A stretch of 64,000 nt of DNA from Octopus sinensis (taxonomy: Eukaryota): positions 73,408,001-73,472,000 of the forward strand of contig NC_043007.1 of assembly GCF_006345805.1 (NCBI RefSeq). Reading direction: 5' to 3'. Positions 60,225-64,000 of this stretch are shown here, one piece after another. Each line of letters starts with the position of its first letter. Position 1 is the first letter of the stretch. The translations under genes were made by a program, and so were the position numbers. The notes under the pieces were generated by a model, which saw only the letters and a list, made by a program, of their open reading frames with translations, had not been told where the DNA came from and did not search any database.

Positions 60225-61440
60225 AAGGCCAGCAATTTGTAGGGAGGGGTAAGTGAATTACATCAATCCCAACTCTCAACTGGTATTTATTTTATTGACC
60301 CCACAAAAGGATGAAAAGTAAAGCTGACCTCAGAATTTTAACACAGAATGTGATGCTGGAAGAAATGTCACTAAGCATTTTGTCCGCTGTGGTAACAATT
60401 CTGCCAACTTACTGCTTTACTATATTTTGTAATATTATTTTTTGGTACCAAAAGTCCAGCAATTTTGCTGCTCAGCATTTCATCAGATGCGCTAACAATT
60501 CCGCTAGCTCACTGTCATCATCATCATTATTGCCATCATGCTGGCATGGGTGGGTCCTTTCTACTGTAATTACAAGGCTTGAAATTTGCAAGGAGGGGTT
60601 CTAGTTGATTACATTGATCCCCAATGTTCAACTGGTAGTTATTTTATCGAAAGGCAAAGTCAACCATGACCAAATTTGAACTCAGAATGCAGAGATGAAC
60701 GAAATGTCACTGAGCACTTTGTCTGGTGTGGTAACAATTCTGCCAACTCACTGCTTTAATATCATCATCATCATCATCATCGTTTACCATCCGCTTTTCA
60801 TGCTAGCATGGGTTGGACGGTTCAACTGGGGTCTGGAAAGCCAGAAGGCTGCACCAGGCCCAGTCTGATCTGGCAGTGTTTCTAAAACTGGATGCCCTTC
60901 CTAACGCCAACCATTCCATGAGTGTAGTAGGTGCTTTTTATGTGCCACCAGCACAGGTGCCAGACAATATTTTGTAATATTATTTTTTGGCACCACAAGT
61001 CCAGCAATTTTGTTGCTTAGCATTTCGTCAGATGCGCTAACAATTCCGCTAGCTCACTGTCATCATCATCATTATTGCCATCATTGTTTAACATCTGCCT
61101 TCCATGCTGGCATGGTTGCCCTTCCTAACGCCAACCACTCTGTGAGTGTAGTGGGTGCTTTTTATGTGCCACCGGCACAGGTGCCAGAAGATATTTTGTA
61201 ATACTATTTTTTGGCACCACAAGTCCAGCAATTTTGTTGTTTAGCATTTCATCAGATGCGCTAACAATTCCACTAGCTCACTGTCATCATCATCATTATT
61301 GCCATCATTGTTTAACGTCTGCCTTCCATGCTGGCATGGGTGGGTCAAGGCTTGAAATTTGCAAGGAGAATGCAAAGATGGACGAAATGCCACAAAACAT
61401 TTTGTCCAGCATGCTAATAATTCCGCTAGCTCGCTACATT
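60225..61440. mobile_element. Composite of family A(-) and C(-) SINE pieces with a ~115-bp block triplicated
   Basis: atattttgtaata..agtccagcaattttg..gctagctcactgtcatcatc at ~60423, ~60968 and ~61192. Confidence 0.75.
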
Positions 61441-62119
61441 TTTGACATGTAGCATATCCTTTCCGCTTAGTCCAGTTTAGATCTAACTGAGCAATCATAC
61501 AATGAAAGGTATTCCAGTCATCTTTTTTAATTTATGATTAAAGAGAAAAGTGTAGGCCACTTAATCTAAACAGAGTGTATCCCCACCCTGGTGTGATTGC
61601 ATGAAAGTGTAATGAAGTGCTACAACCAGTCCATAAAGTAGACTGATGACTCAACTGCCTTCTGATATCAAGTTTACACAGGGAGGTAGTCATTATTGAA
61701 AATGAAATTGGCTTGAAAGGTAGTCACAGGTAAAATTTGACAATGGGAAATAGGGCGTGATCTTTATGTGCGCTGTAACTATTTTTTCGTTACAGGCTTA
61801 GTGATTCTGGTGGTGGGTAGTGGTGGTGGCGGTGGTGGTGGTGAAAGTGGTGGTATTTCAATTAAATATTCAATAATATTAAAATGGCTGAGACCATTTC
61901 ATGTGTAGTGGTATCTTCAATACTTCAGCAGCAACTTTCCCTGAAACTCCAGCAATTTTCCCATGTCCTTAATTCATTGTTTAATAACCCACTCACTTTT
62001 AGTCTCTTTGGTTTCTGCTGCTGGCCCCTCTGTTGACCTCATTACTAAACAGACTCTTTTTACTTTTTCTATCTCTCTATCCCATACATACAACTTTTTT
62101 AACATGGCTTTCATATGCT

Positions 62120-62343
62120 TATACTCTTACTCTTTTACACTTTTACTTGTTTCAGTCATTTGACTGCGGCCATGCTGGAGCATCGCCTTTAGTCGAGCAA
62201 CTCGATCCCCGGACTTATTCTTCTGTAAGCCCAGTACTTATTCTATTGGTCTCTTTTGCTGAACCGCTAAGTAACGGGGACATAAACACACCAGCATTGG
62301 TTGTCAAGCAATGCTAGGGGGACAAACACAGACACACAAACAT

Positions 62344-62395
<52 letters not shown>

Positions 62396-62607
62396 GACGG
62401 GCTTCTTTCAGTTTCCGACTACCAAATCCACTCACAAGGCTTTGGTTGGTCCGAGGCTATAGTAGAAGACACTTGCCCAAGGTGTCACACAGTGGGACTG
62501 AACCCGGAAGCATGTGGTTGGTAAACTTACCACACAGCCACTCCTAGTGGGACTGAACTTGGAACCATGTGGTTGGTAAACAAGCTACTTACCACACAGC
62601 CACTCCT
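62120..62607 (-). mobile_element. SINE family B, full length, head end duplicated (~60 bp)
   Basis: agtgggactgaac..accacacagccactcct occurs twice (62486-62607). Confidence 0.85.
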
Positions 62608-63289
62608 TTGATGTAACTTGAAGGTAAATTTTATTCTTGATTACCAAATAATTTTAGCTTCCATAATCTGATCAATGATTTCTTGAATAAAAAGCAGGAT
62701 ATTCCATCAAATATTTTGTTTTCCAACACTATTCTGCATTTCAACTTTGTAGTTCCTATTTACTTCATGATATCATTCTATACTGACGCCAATATCTTCA
62801 GGTCATTCTGATCTCTACTTACCAAGGTCCTGTAAAATGCTAGGTATAACTATTAATTAGATTTATCACGATATATATTTTATAAAACACTAAAGTTGTT
62901 AATCTGTTGCACCTGTTGACTGAATGCTTCTCAAAATACTCTTGTCACTTCTCAGAAACTGTTATTAACTTAGGTGACAATTGACTCAGTATGACAGAAT
63001 TAATGTTTGTAGTCATCATAGACTGAGGTGATCTAGACTGTATACAACATGAACGATCACCATTTATATCTATGTAGAATGCTTAATACATTAGCAGTGT
63101 TGAGTATTGTCTCAGAAAAGACTTTTCCTCTGCAATGATGACTGCTGGGGTTTTAAATTATTAGAGAAAAAATGTAGAAAGAGGATCAAGATCAAATTTT
63201 TATTTAACCACTGTCCAAGTGAAAAGAACGGTGTATAATCTCCTGCACTTTTGATTTATTTGATGAGAAATTATATAGAATTCTTTTAT

Positions 63290-63718
63290 CTTTTATCTTC
63301 TTCACATTTCAGTCATTAAACTGCAGCCATGTTCGGATTTTTAATCAAATGAATCGACCCCACTACATATTTTTTGTTTTTTTAAGCCTGGTACTTATTC
63401 TGTCAGCCTCTTTTGCTGAACTGCTAAGTTACAGGGATATAAACACACCAACACTGGTTGTCGAGCAGTGGTCAGGGACAAACACAGCCATAAAGATAAA
63501 CACACATGCATGCACACATCTGCGCATGCATGCACACACACGCACACACACACACACAAGGCCTCTTTTCACTTTCTGCCTACAAAATCCACTTGCAAGG
63601 CTTTGGTCAGCCTAAGGTTATAATATAAGGCACTTGGCCAAGGCGCTACACAGTGGGACTGAACCCAGAACCATATGGTTGGGAAGCAAGCTTCTTACCA
63701 CCCAACCATGCCTGTGCC
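63290..63718 (-). mobile_element. SINE family B
   Basis: Matches 6097-6470. Confidence 0.8.
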
Positions 63719-63859
63719 TATAAATAGATTATGGTAAATAACGGTTTCAAATTTTGGAACAGGGCCAACAGTTTTTTGAGAGGAGGTGGAAGTCAATTAC
63801 ATTGGCATCTGTTCTTGACTGGAACTTATTTTGTTGATTCTGAAAAAATCAAAATAGAT

Positions 63860-64000
63860 GAACATCAATGGAATCTGTATCTTTGTGGTACCAGTGCCAG
63901 TGGCACACACTTTGTGGTACCAGTGCCGGTGGCACACAAGAGAACCATCCGAACATGGCCGTAGCCAGTTCCGCATCGACCGGCCTCCGTGCTGTGGGCA
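63860..64000 (+). mobile_element. SINE family C 5' part (runs off window)
   Basis: Repeated gtaccagtgcc(a/g)gtggcacac subunits, as in 9225-9658. Confidence 0.55.

Noticed and set aside
52700-64000. A second protein-coding gene upstream of BicD
   Set aside because: All ORFs map to TE remnants, SINEs or microsatellites; no consistent exon chain.

Overview
AT-rich eukaryotic genomic DNA. The SINE, LINE and transposon landscape points to a coleoid cephalopod, most likely Octopus; this is an inference, not database-confirmed. One protein-coding gene is present, Bicaudal-D (BicD, dynein adaptor), on the minus strand. It has an 86-codon exon 1 (52340-52083), an 8.4-kb intron and one very large exon (from 43665). 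That exon has two alternative GT donors, and two candidate downstream exons lie at 31888-31855 and from 27483. The rest is intron or intergenic DNA packed with four SINE families, R4/Dong-like and L2/CR1-like LINE fragments, Tc1, mariner, piggyBac, hAT and Helitron relics, and tandem repeats. Two observations stand out. First, a perfect 15-nt long-range complementary pair links the BicD alternative-donor region to the intron just after the candidate micro-exon 9.6 kb away. Second, a ~349-bp tandem/inverted unit carries a minimal type-I hammerhead-like motif (retrozyme / Penelope pseudo-LTR-like). SINE coordinates are approximate, read by eye.
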